From: Camelus ferus
Taxonomy: Eukaryota
Reading direction: 5' to 3'
Length of the DNA stretch: 64,000 nucleotides
Assembly (NCBI RefSeq): GCF_009834535.1
Contig: NC_045697.1
Span: 56,918,001 to 56,982,000, forward strand
Position numbers and translations under genes: made by a program. The stretch's first letter is position 1. The number at the start of each line of letters is the position of its first letter. Under the pieces are notes generated by a model that worked only from the letters and a program-made list of their open reading frames with translations, was not told the DNA's origin and made no database searches. This document shows, piece by piece, positions 13,784 to 25,021 of this stretch.

Positions 13784-14017
13784 ATGTTCAAAAGGCACAA
13801 GTCCCTTGCTTCAGAACGCAAGAGAGAATTAATTTCCTCAAGAGCTACACGGTCCATACTGAAGAATGACTTGAGAAATTTTCACTCTTTGTCGCAACTT
13901 ATACTCTCAGCAGGCCCTCTAAGATCAGCTGCAGCAGTTAAACATGTAAAAACTACTCACTTCGAGATTGAAATTCTCGATGCTCACACCAGAAAGCAGA
14001 TATGTATTGTGGATAAG
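13784..14017 (+). CDS. TECRL: TECRL coding exon 1 (78 codons)
   Basis: Translates as [78 protein letters not shown], which closely matches the mammalian TECRL N-terminus as I recall it. ATG context is acaATGt. Ends at a canonical donor AAG|GTGAGT (GT at 14018). 234 nt, phase 0. Confidence 0.97.
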
Positions 14018-16159
14018 GTGAGTTTTATTTATTTATTTAAACTTCTCTTTTCTGCCCCAAAGATTATTGATCACTTGATTAAATGCTAACAAGTCTATAT
14101 CAAAATATATTCCTGGTTTGTAATGTTAATTTTATGATGAGTAGGATGGATACGTTATAATATACTTTAAAGTATATTTTATATACTTTGTTTCAGTAGA
14201 AAATATACACTGCATCTTTCATATTCAATTTAAATGGTAGCTAATAATTAGTAGTTTCTAGGTTTCTTCCTAACATTGACCATTGTCAGGAGGTAAAATT
14301 TTCAGTGCTCACCTCAGCTTACATGACAAAATGTCTGGGTTTTTCTCTTCATGCACTTTCTTGCATATACAAATTTTCATAGGGTTTTAACAGTGTTTGT
14401 AGAAAACAGCAAGCAAAAAGCACCAAAGTTATTAAAAATAATATTTAGCATATGTGATAAAATCTAGTCCTTTGAAAATAATTTAGAATTGATTTGTTTT
14501 GAAATATGAATATTTCACTTTTTATGAAAAGATTACATATTTCAAAACCACAGTGTTTAAGTTTCTATAAAGAATATCTCACTTAATACGTTCTATCTCT
14601 AAATTCATATTACAGATGTTTCACTAAGGAAACAAGAACTTATATCCTAGGTTAAAAAATCAACACAAAAATATGCATGTACATTGTAGATATACATGTG
14701 TATGTACAATATTACAAAGTTTTCAGTTTTTCAAAAGTTTGAAAAAACACAAGTAGTTTAATTCACTATAAGGAAGATTGACATTTTTAATAAAAGTATA
14801 TATTTATTTTGCTTTACAGGCATGTTGAGTAAGTTTTTTGCCATTGTCCTAAAAATAAAATTCAATCACTGATTCCATTTATCTATGTTCTAGCTGTGTT
14901 TATAGATAAGAGCAAAAGAAAAGAAATTATTTACTTGCTTTTAATTGCCAACAAGATATTATGTGATTTCTTATTTAGTAATTGTAACATTAGTTGGGCA
15001 ATATCAACTTTTATTTACAGGTGGAAACGAAAGATAAAGAACTTTTACAAGTTCATGCAGGTCATAAGTGGGATGTATGAGATTCAAAACCATTTCTTCA
15101 CAACTCTAAATCATATTCTTTTTCTATAGTACCACTGGAGCCATATATAAATGATGAATATGTATTATGTACAATAGGATTTCAACTTACAAATTTTATG
15201 CATGTTACAATTTAATTATCTCAGTTAAGTTTTTGGATTTTTTTATATCACACAGGATAAGACAAATCTAAAAAATAAAATTGTCATCCAGAACTTGCTG
15301 ATGTTGCAATGTCTCACTACTGAAAATTTAAAACATATAAGGAAAATAGAATGAAATCAAGGGAAATAAAACAATAAATGGAATGGATATTAAATAGATA
15401 AATGATTTCCAAAGACCAGGATTCTAAAATGTGACTGGACATTGTCTTTTCTGGTATGTGTCTAAATTTTGACACAAAATCCACCTTAAAGTAATGGGAA
15501 ACTGATGGGATTCTAATTATATTCCCTGTACATTTAAGTTTTCTGTTATTGAAATTTTATTTGAAACTAAGACATGGAGATTTACATTTTTAGTATTAAT
15601 TAAATTGCAAAAATAATTAAGCTTGCAGAAAGCCAGCATTCTTTAGAGATAAGGATTTTGTTTCAGAATCTTATATTTGAACAGTAAGAGTCCTGGTAAT
15701 TGCATCTCCAGTGGCAAACCTTTAGAGAAATCAGTAGGCTAGATAAAGGATTAATTTTGGATTCCTCACCGGCTTTTATTGCACAATCAACACCATCGAT
15801 GTGCAACTTACTGCACTCAAATCTTAAAACTTGTCAGTAGAACTGGATTTTGTCTTGTTTTAGTTTTGTAATTTGGAAAATTGTTTCATAATGAAGGCAA
15901 GACATTTAAAAGAAAAAAATTAAATTAGTTTACACTTTTTTGCATCATGATTATTAACAGTTTAAATTTGTAAACGTGAGAAAAATGATTCTATTTGTTG
16001 TAACAAATATATTATTTTTTCTTATACAAATTAACAGCTTTATGAAGAGTAAAGTCATGTTAGTTGCCTTTCATTGTACTTAGCTCTACCCAGTATACAA
16101 AAGAAGTGTTTCTTATAAGTTAGTCCCTGTCTTTCAGGAAGTATAGTGTTAAAAAGCAG

Positions 16160-16390
16160 TAAAAGTTAAAGGTCATATGCTTTGGAACTAAGCGTATCTG
16201 GACTGAATCCCTGCTCCATCAGTCATGTCTATCAAGGCTCAGGAAAGTCACTGAATTGCTGATCACCAGGACTCTTATTTAGAACAGATTAATAAAATCT
16301 ATTTTGTAAGCCTATGGTGAAGAGTAGCAATGAGATATGTAACATATTTAGGATAGTGCCTTGAACATAATAGTGCAAAAATATTTTTGT
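16160..16390 (+). mobile_element. MIR SINE relic
   Basis: Resembles MIR consensus: gctttggaac...ctgaatccctgctcc...gaaagtcactgaa...tttaggatagtgcc. Confidence 0.6.
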
Positions 16391-16889
16391 AAGTTTTCAT
16401 AACAATTTGGAGAGAGAAATTTAATGTGAATACAAACCCACGAAAAAAATAAGTGATGAACCTTGTTACACTGGCAGAGACTGTACATTGTCAAGATTTC
16501 TTGACAATTACTCACTGACATGATTTGTTATAATGCTTATGCTATATACGAATTTTCAAATAAGTAGGATGTATGTATCTTAGTTATATATGCTGATCTC
16601 TAGTAGAACTTTTGTTTGCATCACAGTATTATAACTTTAATTTCAGAATAGACAAAGTATATACTCGAGATATCCTAAAACAAAAACATTGAGAGAATTT
16701 CTGGGATTAAAGAAAATGTACTGAACCATGTTCTTTACTTACTTACACACACATGCACATGCACACACACACCCCAACCAAAAAAAAAAAAAGTTTTCTA
16801 TTCCCTTCATTATCTTCTACAGCTTCTATCCCACTTCTCTCATTCCTTTCATCATGTTCACGTTGTCTTCCCACATTTTCCTCTTCTCA

Positions 16890-18060
16890 TTCTATTCTAA
16901 ATCCACTGCATTCAGACCTTTGCCTCCATCACTTCCCACTATATGAACCTGCTGCGGTCACCAGTGACACAGTGACAAATACCTTGCTAATTCCAAAGGT
17001 CAACTGTCACGCTTTACTCCCTCAGTAAATCAGCAATATTTCCCACTGTTAAGCACTTCTTCTTCCTTAAAACACTTTTGCTATTTAAGTTCCAGGATAA
17101 TACATACTTTTTTAAAAGAAAACTCATTTCATTGGTTTCTTCCTTTTCTCTTGCTGCTTCTTTATTATCTGACTATGTGTGGACTGTCACCAATCAGTCC
17201 TTGGAACTTCTCTCCTTCTGTGGTCATTTACCTTATGGAATCTTATAGCTTTAAGTATCATCTGCCTGTTGATGACTCATAAATATGTAACTGCAGCTTA
17301 TCTTTTTCCCTTGAACTGCAAATGTATTTATGTATCTATGTATATATCTATCTGCATATTTACCTATGTATCTCTTTATATATCTATGTATCAATCCATC
17401 TATCTATCCATTTGTTTGGTTGTTTAGGCATCTCAAGCTTAGTATATCTAAAACTGAGCCCTTGGTCTTCCTTGAAAAATTTTCCACAGAGTTTTCCAAG
17501 TCAATAAGTAGCAACTATATCCTTCAAATAGCTCAAGTCAAACACTTACAGGCATTATGACTCATCTCTTAATCTCACACCCCACATACAATCCATCTTC
17601 AAGGTGATAACCTTCAAATATATCCAGAGTGACAAATTTTCACCATCTCTACTGCCAGCACTCTTAAATCTAGCCTCTGCTCTGTCCTTAGCACATTCAA
17701 TATATTTTCTACCTAGCAACCAGAACTAGCCTATTAAATTATGTCAGATAATATCATTTCCTACTCAAAACTGGTCAGTGTCTTTCTTTAGGTCTTTACT
17801 CACCTGTCACTTTTTCCTTGGAGCCTTTCCTGACTACCTATTTAAAAATGCAAAATCTGCCAATATTCTAAATTCTCCCTGTTCTATTTCTTTACTAGTA
17901 CTTATTACTATATAACATACTGTTTATTTTCCTTTTTTAGTTTATTATTTTCTAGCTTCACAAAATCAGGGATTTGTTTTGTTTTCACTCCTGTATTTAC
18001 ATTTAAAACAGTGGTTGGTACAAAGAAAGTGTTTAACCAATATTTACTCAATGAATTAAT
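16890..18060 (+). mobile_element. LINE-2 3' fragment with embedded TATC-like simple repeat
   Basis: Pyrimidine-rich L2 motifs (ggcatctcaagcttagtatatctaaaactgag, ttcaaatatatccaga) and L2 terminus aatatttactcaatgaattaat. Confidence 0.75.
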
Positions 18061-20059
18061 GCCTGTTTAAGAGATATGTGGATCTGACAGTGAACTCATG
18101 CTTAACAGTGACAGTTTTGGGGTAGAAGAGTATATTTGAAAATACTTTTTACTATTTTTCTGAATCTAATTATCAATCAAATAAATGTAGATACATTCAC
18201 AGAAAAAGATATTTAATTAAATAATTCCACTGAATGTCAAAATTCTTCCTGACTTGCTCCCAACAAAGTTGTACAGAATTTAACTTTGTATTAGTGTTTA
18301 ATTTACTAACAAATAGTCATGTTCTGATAAGCTAACAAACTTTTCATAAAGAAGTTAATGCAGATGGGAATGTTAATTTGACTAATTTAAGTATTTTCCA
18401 CGAATAATTAAAATAATATGACTAATCAAGGATGATAAAACAGAGAGCAGATTAAAAATATTGTTAAATACCATAGTAAATATTTTTGGAACACCAAAAA
18501 TATATGTGAAAAATACATTTTAAAAATTTAACAGTGGGTAATTTAAGTTGCTAACTATTCTTGCTTCACTTCTATTGTAAAATGTCAGAAGCTTATCTAG
18601 TGACAAGTGGATGATTCAAGAGCAAGGAAAGAACTCTAAAACATTAGTGTTGATAAACATTTCCAGTATCATTGCTTTCTTTTTTCGGTTATCTTTTTTC
18701 CAAGAAACTTGACCTCAAGACCCCTCTTTCTCCTATAGTTTTATTTGCTCTATATCAAAATTCTTAACTTCTTTTACAATACTTCTTACAAATAAAATAA
18801 AGTACTCAATAATTCTCCAGTCCTTCTAATGGTAAAAATAATAATTTTCACCAGAAAATAGTAGAGAAAATTATAGGGTAGTAAGACTTCATAAAAATTG
18901 CACTTTTAATACTTCAGTTAGAAAATTTGATAATTCTTAATTTCTGAATTTATCATTTTAGTATTTTTCATTGGGCATACAACTTAGCATATTTATGCCT
19001 TAATATGCTCATCTGTAAAAGGAGAATGATACCTGCCTTAAAATGGCCTAATGACAGTTTTCAGAATTTCATGTATATGCACATGACAATATCTTTCTTC
19101 CACTCTTCTCCTTATCTTCTGCTTTTCTCTTCCTCTTTTCCTTCTCTCTTTTTTTTTTTTTTTTAACTCTTCTTCCATTCTGGTTCCCTTTTTGCTCCTC
19201 TCTTCTATCCCCTTATGCTTATTTTTTTTTATGATGTTGCATGATGCAACAAAGTTTATGACCTCTGGATTCACTTAGACTAGAATTTTAATATAAATTT
19301 GGACTGCTTTTTCTTTTTCCTTAGACCTGGTCCAATATCTCTGTCCATTATTGTCCTTTTCTTTAAAAGGATTTATATATTATTATTCTTCACTTATGTA
19401 AAAAAGAAAAGGTGGCACAGAGAGCTGAAGAGAAGAACTTAGCGTGTATTAGAACAAAGGTTTGAACCTGGCCAACACACGTTCTGTGCCTTGCTCTTAA
19501 CTATTATACACTATTATGTAAAAGATATTAATGACTTTCATTAGCCAAAATTCTCATGTTCTATTTAATTTCATGATTGGGACATCTGATTTGCACTACA
19601 ATGTGCTTCAGGGCAGATGTGCTACTTTAGAAAGATGTCCACTTGTCATTCCATTTAAGACAAAGATAGGCTCTTGAGCATTATATATATTATAGCATTA
19701 TATATATTATGTATATAATATATATAATAGCACTAGTTAACATTCAAACCTAGAAATTTAAAATAGTTTAAATTCCCTTTAATAATGAATTAAACAAAAT
19801 ATGCTTAAAATATTTATATCATTTAAAAATTAAGAAATTGAGTTGGATGGTTCCTCTCCAAAGAGGCAATTAACATAATCATTTTCTATGAACCCAGAGC
19901 ATCCCCAAAGCTCACCCCTCTTTTTCATATACTCTGGAATTCTATAATACAGCATGCAGTTCTAATTTCAAAAGAATCAGTGTACTTTAACATTATCTGC
20001 CCTGACTTACATTTCTCTCAGAAAAGATACATAATGTCCAAATACACATGTGATGAGGG

Positions 20060-20280
20060 ACAATGTGGTGCAATGGTTTATGCTCTGAAGTCAGACATAT
20101 TTGTTTCTGCACTTGAGCTTTGCAAATAGTTAATGTTTTATTACCTTTACATGTTACTTAACTCTCTGATCCTTGGTTTTCCATGTAGGGTAAATATCTA
20201 TCTTGCAGGATATCTAAGAATTTTACATATGTATGCAAAATGTAGCACCATGTCAGTCACATAGTTATTTTTCTGTAAAT
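20060..20280 (+). mobile_element. MIR SINE relic
   Basis: gctctgaagtcagac...gttacttaactctctgatccttggttttcc resembles the MIR core. Confidence 0.6.
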
Positions 20281-20909
20281 AAACATCATAGTTTAGGTAG
20301 TAGCAATATATTTAAAATACTATTCACCCACTGAAGAGGGAAAATATCTGAATTGATACTTTTCTAGTATGACTGTAAAATGTAGGCATTTTAAAATGAT
20401 AGTTATTACTATCCCTTTCTGAAATGATTAGGAAGTATTAGAATTAGAAAGCACAGTCACAGGGACCATCTTTGTAGCACTGGTTTCTAGAGTTCTATAT
20501 CCAACTCTCATACTCTAAATAATATGCACTGGTTACTAATACCATGACATACCATAAAAGATGCCAATGGATGTAAAAGCATTGCATATCAATGTAATAG
20601 TAGAGAAAAAATAAATATACTCTAGAAAATTATTTATAAATAATGTTTAAAAAATATAGACTATTATACATAATCAATTAATTGTCTACATTTTTCTATT
20701 TTCCAAATATATCACATCTAAGAAAACTATTTTTATCTACAGTTGAGCTAATAAGATGCCATTTTTATCTCCTAATATATAATATGCAATGATACTCCAT
20801 TTAGAAAGGCAAAAAAGATGAATAACTTTTAGAGGATGCCTCTAAAAAGAAGAGTTGAAATTATCAGATTCAGTATTTCTCCAACTCTCTATTTTGTCGT
20901 TATAGTGTT

Positions 20910-21960
20910 GTAAGTATTAATTCAAAAGATATTTGTTAAGATGTATGTCTAGTGTTCTAGAGACAATGCATTAACACAAACAGATAAAATTCCTATATTT
21001 TGTAGATTTTATTCTCTCCTGTGGAAGACAAACACTGTAGAAGTAATTTTAGGTGCAAAGATATCTGCAACATAAGAGGGAGCACAAAGTGATTTATGGT
21101 GGTAAACACAGGGTGATGAGTTAATCTGTGGAACAGGAAAATCTCCCTAGAGACATGGTATTCATGTGTGGTCCAGACAGTGAATAAGATGAACAGAAAT
21201 AGGAAGATATAACAGATACTTAGGAGGTAGAAACAACAGGACATGTTGTTTGGTTGTCAAGAATGAGGAACATGGGTGATGTGAGTATGATATTAAATTG
21301 CTGTTTGAGAATTGCAGATCCTGAGGATGGCATAATTTACTGAATCTTTATGTGGATTTTTATGTTTGTTTGTTGCATGTTTGCTTTCTATTATTGTTGT
21401 TATTCAACAAGTAGAGAGGTGAGGAGGAAACCAAAACTCAGTTTTGTTCATTTTAAGTTGGAGATCTTTGTGAGATACTCAGTAGGCATCTGGGTGAGAA
21501 GATCTAGAACTCAGGAGGGTGGTCATGATGAAATATGTTGTCTTGGGAGTTAGAAACATAGAGGAGATCCTTGCAGCCACTGGAGTAGAGAAGATAAAAT
21601 TAAGAAAGAACAGTGCGATGGCTGAGAAAAGAACCAACTACAGAAACCTGAGGAATTCTAAAATGTAAAGTTTTAAATAAAGGGGAGATGAAAAAGGAAA
21701 ATAAAGAGGAGGAGTCAGAGAGATAGAAGAAATATGGTGAATATTCCATCACAAAACCTAATAAAGAATATTTTAGTGACAAGTAGGAGATCAGTAGAGT
21801 CAAATGCAGCTAAGAAGCACAGAGAAACACTGTAAGTATCCCTTGCATTAAATGCTGAGGCAGTCATTGTTGAATTTAATTAGACTATTTTAGGTACAGT
21901 GATTTGAAGAGAAATCGAATCTGAAATGGGGGAGACAAGCAATGGGAAATAAGAAACGTG
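20910..21960 (-). mobile_element. LINE-2 fragment
   Basis: Purine-rich antisense L2 motifs (agttttgttcattttaagttggagat, tcaaatgcagctaaga). Confidence 0.65.
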
Positions 21961-22961
21961 AGTTTTCTGGAAGGCTCTTCTTTTGTACGTAGCAGTAGTC
22001 TTGAAAAATATATTTTCCCCAAACACTTCATTCTTCAACTCTACTGACTCTTATGTAGTCTGATTCACATATTTGGGATTATCTTCCACCTTTTTCTCTA
22101 TTACTCAATGTTTCAACATTCTACACTACTCACCAGTCCCAAAACAATTTTGTAATTTCCATTCTTTTAGTTTTGATCAAATTTGATTCCTCTGCCTAGA
22201 CTGGTCTGTCACAGTCTTATGTCTAATTAACAATCATTCTTCATGGTCCAGCTGAGATGGCAACCCCTTCGTGTGCCGCTATGATCTCCCATAAGCAGAT
22301 GTGTTCCTTGTCCCAGTAATAATTAGTTGAAATCTCCATTATGTACATTATACAACCTAGTAGTTGGGAATGAACATTTGTAAGCTATCATAACAATTTT
22401 AAAGAGTAACTCTGTTCCTGTTCAATCAAATAATCTTTTCTTAAATGAAGACTGTATTTGGTCAGTATTTCATTTATTTCTAGCAATTTATTTTCCTTGT
22501 ATTTGACAGATGTATTAGTCCACAACAAAGTAGAATTTTTTTCAAAAATGATACCTTATCCTACATAGTTTGGGAAGCACTAAACTGATGACATGAAAAT
22601 GACCTTTTCAACATTGCCATGATTCAAACAGATCAAATGACCTAAGTGCTATTGTACAATAAATATATCTTGGATGCAAAATTGGAACATGCCATATCCA
22701 GGCTCCTCTTGGATTTCATTCTAAAGATTATACTTTCTTGAAAGGTAATAAAATAATAACTCTCAAAGGTTTGTGTTTTAAATATAGAAACAAACCTTAA
22801 AGCTAAAATAACACATTTTTAGATGAATGAATGTGAATAAATCATGTTTTCCTAGGAAATTTAAAGATGAGATGAAAAAAGAAAAGCTAACCATTACAGG
22901 AAGAAAATTAAGAGGGCTACACTGTGCAATTAAGAGACCCTGTTTCCTGTTAGGTCAAGAC

Positions 22962-22998
22962 TGTCAGGCGAGCATGATAACCACTACACTACGGAAAC
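22962..22998 (-). pseudogene. tRNA-Val 5'-half tail-less retropseudogene
   Basis: Minus strand reads GTTTCCGTAGTGTAGTGGTTATCATGCTCGCCTGACA, matching nt 1-37 of cytosolic tRNA-Val. Flanked by the direct repeat GTCAAGACTG (22954-22963 and 23005-23014). No 3' half and no poly(A). Confidence 0.9.
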
Positions 22999-24596
22999 CC
23001 ACAAGTCAAGACTGAATGAAGAAAATTAATAGTTCTGATCACATGTTTAAAAAACATAAGATTTAGACAACATTTTCTGTGTAAAGAATGTTGCTGTGAA
23101 GTGGTGACTATATCCCAGAGAGACATGTACAGGCGAGAGGGTTATGTTTACTTTGTTATTCAGATTAGTTGCTTTATGAGTGGTTACTATATGTTAGGTT
23201 ACATGGGGTTGAAAATTAAACACATTTCCTTACCCTGATATGCATGAGTCAAATCAGAAAGAGAGATTACACATTTTAAAACAAATTATAATATGGCAAC
23301 AAGCATAGGAGAGTTTAAAACAAATTATACAAAGAAGGCTGGGGAAAGCATCTGATAGAGGTTTAAGCATGAGGATGAGAAATAAAGATGAATGCAGTGG
23401 AAAGAAAGACTCAAAAGGATCTTTAAAAATATGTAGTACAATTCACTAGCATGGGCAGGGTAGAAGGAGCAACCTCTTGGAACAATAATTAGCATTACAA
23501 AAGTAAAGAAGTAGAAAAGTAACAAGCAAGGTTTCTGGACTGATGTAAGTCAGTCCATGGTGTGACGCTGCAGAATGGAGCGAACTGAAAATAGATGGTA
23601 TGGGTGGGGGTAGGGTAGGGGGCCTGCGTGCCTTGCAAAACCACCTGGACTTTTTCTTTTCTTTCAAGTCAGAGGGATAATGTTTTCAGATTTGCCATTC
23701 AGAAAATTAAATCTGGCAACCATGTGGAAGATAGAATGATAGTAGAAAGACTGAAGACAGAGAGTTCAGTAAAACTGAGAAGCAAATCTTTTGTGAGTCT
23801 GTTCAGGACCGACACATTTGACAGGCAACGTGACATCATGAGATCTTCGGAGACTTTGAGGATACTTAGCCACCTCTCGCTTAACCAGCTTGTGACACTG
23901 GGCACTGGCCTTGTTTTCTTTTCCCGTACATTTTACTGACCTAAGTTATCTCACTGGAGGCACCTGAACAAATATCACCTTTCATAAGGAATTTCCTTAA
24001 GGAAACGGCTATAGCTGAGAGCTGTGAATAAAGTAGGACACAGCTAACAAAATTTACAAATTTAACAATACCATGAGAATTCTCACATCAATTAAATGTA
24101 CTAAAGAACTGTAAAATGAAGGAAAGTTTAGTAAAATGTTTACAGTGAAATAAATGCATTGAAGTTAAATTATTTTTTCTCATATGTGTGTTTATAATCC
24201 ATGTTTGAGGAATAAGTATAAAATAATTCAAATTAAATGTAAATCATTGAGCATGTTTTTAGGACACACTTAAACCTTTAAGTGTATATATATATATACA
24301 CACATACACACATACATATATTTCTGATTTAATCTTTACTGAAAATCATAAGTATAACAAAACAGAATAATTATGCAATAAATATATAGTATTTTCTAGC
24401 AAATGTAGTTACAGCCCACATAGGTTAGACAAATGTTTGTATCCAGGTTCAATAGAATAGAATGTGGTATTACAGGTTAAAGGAATATTCCATTACCATT
24501 TTATTTCAGTTAAATTCAGTTTTACTGGGATTTTTGTGATGAATTACGGCAATCTCTCTAAATGTAAACCTGTTATGAATTTGTCAAATCAACACT

Positions 24597-25021
24597 TGTT
24601 AAGTGGGGCACATGGTGCCAGATGGTAAGCTGAGATTCAACAACAGACCAGGAGAGAAAATGAAATAGAGTTTATTACTCACAGTCCTGGAGGAAGAATC
24701 GAGCAGGCCTCAGGGGACTACACTGAAGAACACAGACAGAGAGACAGGACCTGGGACACATGCCTTCATTAGGGTCCATAAATGGAGTGCTTTCGGGTTT
24801 CTCAGCTAAGACCAGATTGGTCAATTCAAACCAAAAGACTGGGGTTTTGGTAAAACCCAAGAGGGTCTTATCTAAGGAGCACAGAAGGAGGAGGCCTTGG
24901 CATGCATGGGGGCTTCGGCTTGCCTGAGGGGCAAGTCAGTTTAAGCTCCCTGCAGGTTCCTTGGTCAAACAATGTGAAAGTCAGGCAGCAATGCTAGGGA
25001 GTAATTTAGCTAAACTCAGCA
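24597..25021 (-). mobile_element. Solo LTR (probably ERVL class)
   Basis: TG...CA termini, minus-strand AATAAA near 24675, and a GC-richer block of LTR size. TSD not clear. Confidence 0.6.

Noticed and set aside
14018..14089. Continuation of the 101-aa ORF ([10 protein letters not shown]...)
   Set aside because: Read-through past the strong GTGAGT donor into intron 1; homology resumes in exon 2.
22962..22998. Functional tRNA-Val(GAC) gene
   Set aside because: Only 37 nt. No T-arm/B-box, no acceptor 3' strand, and it has a TSD.
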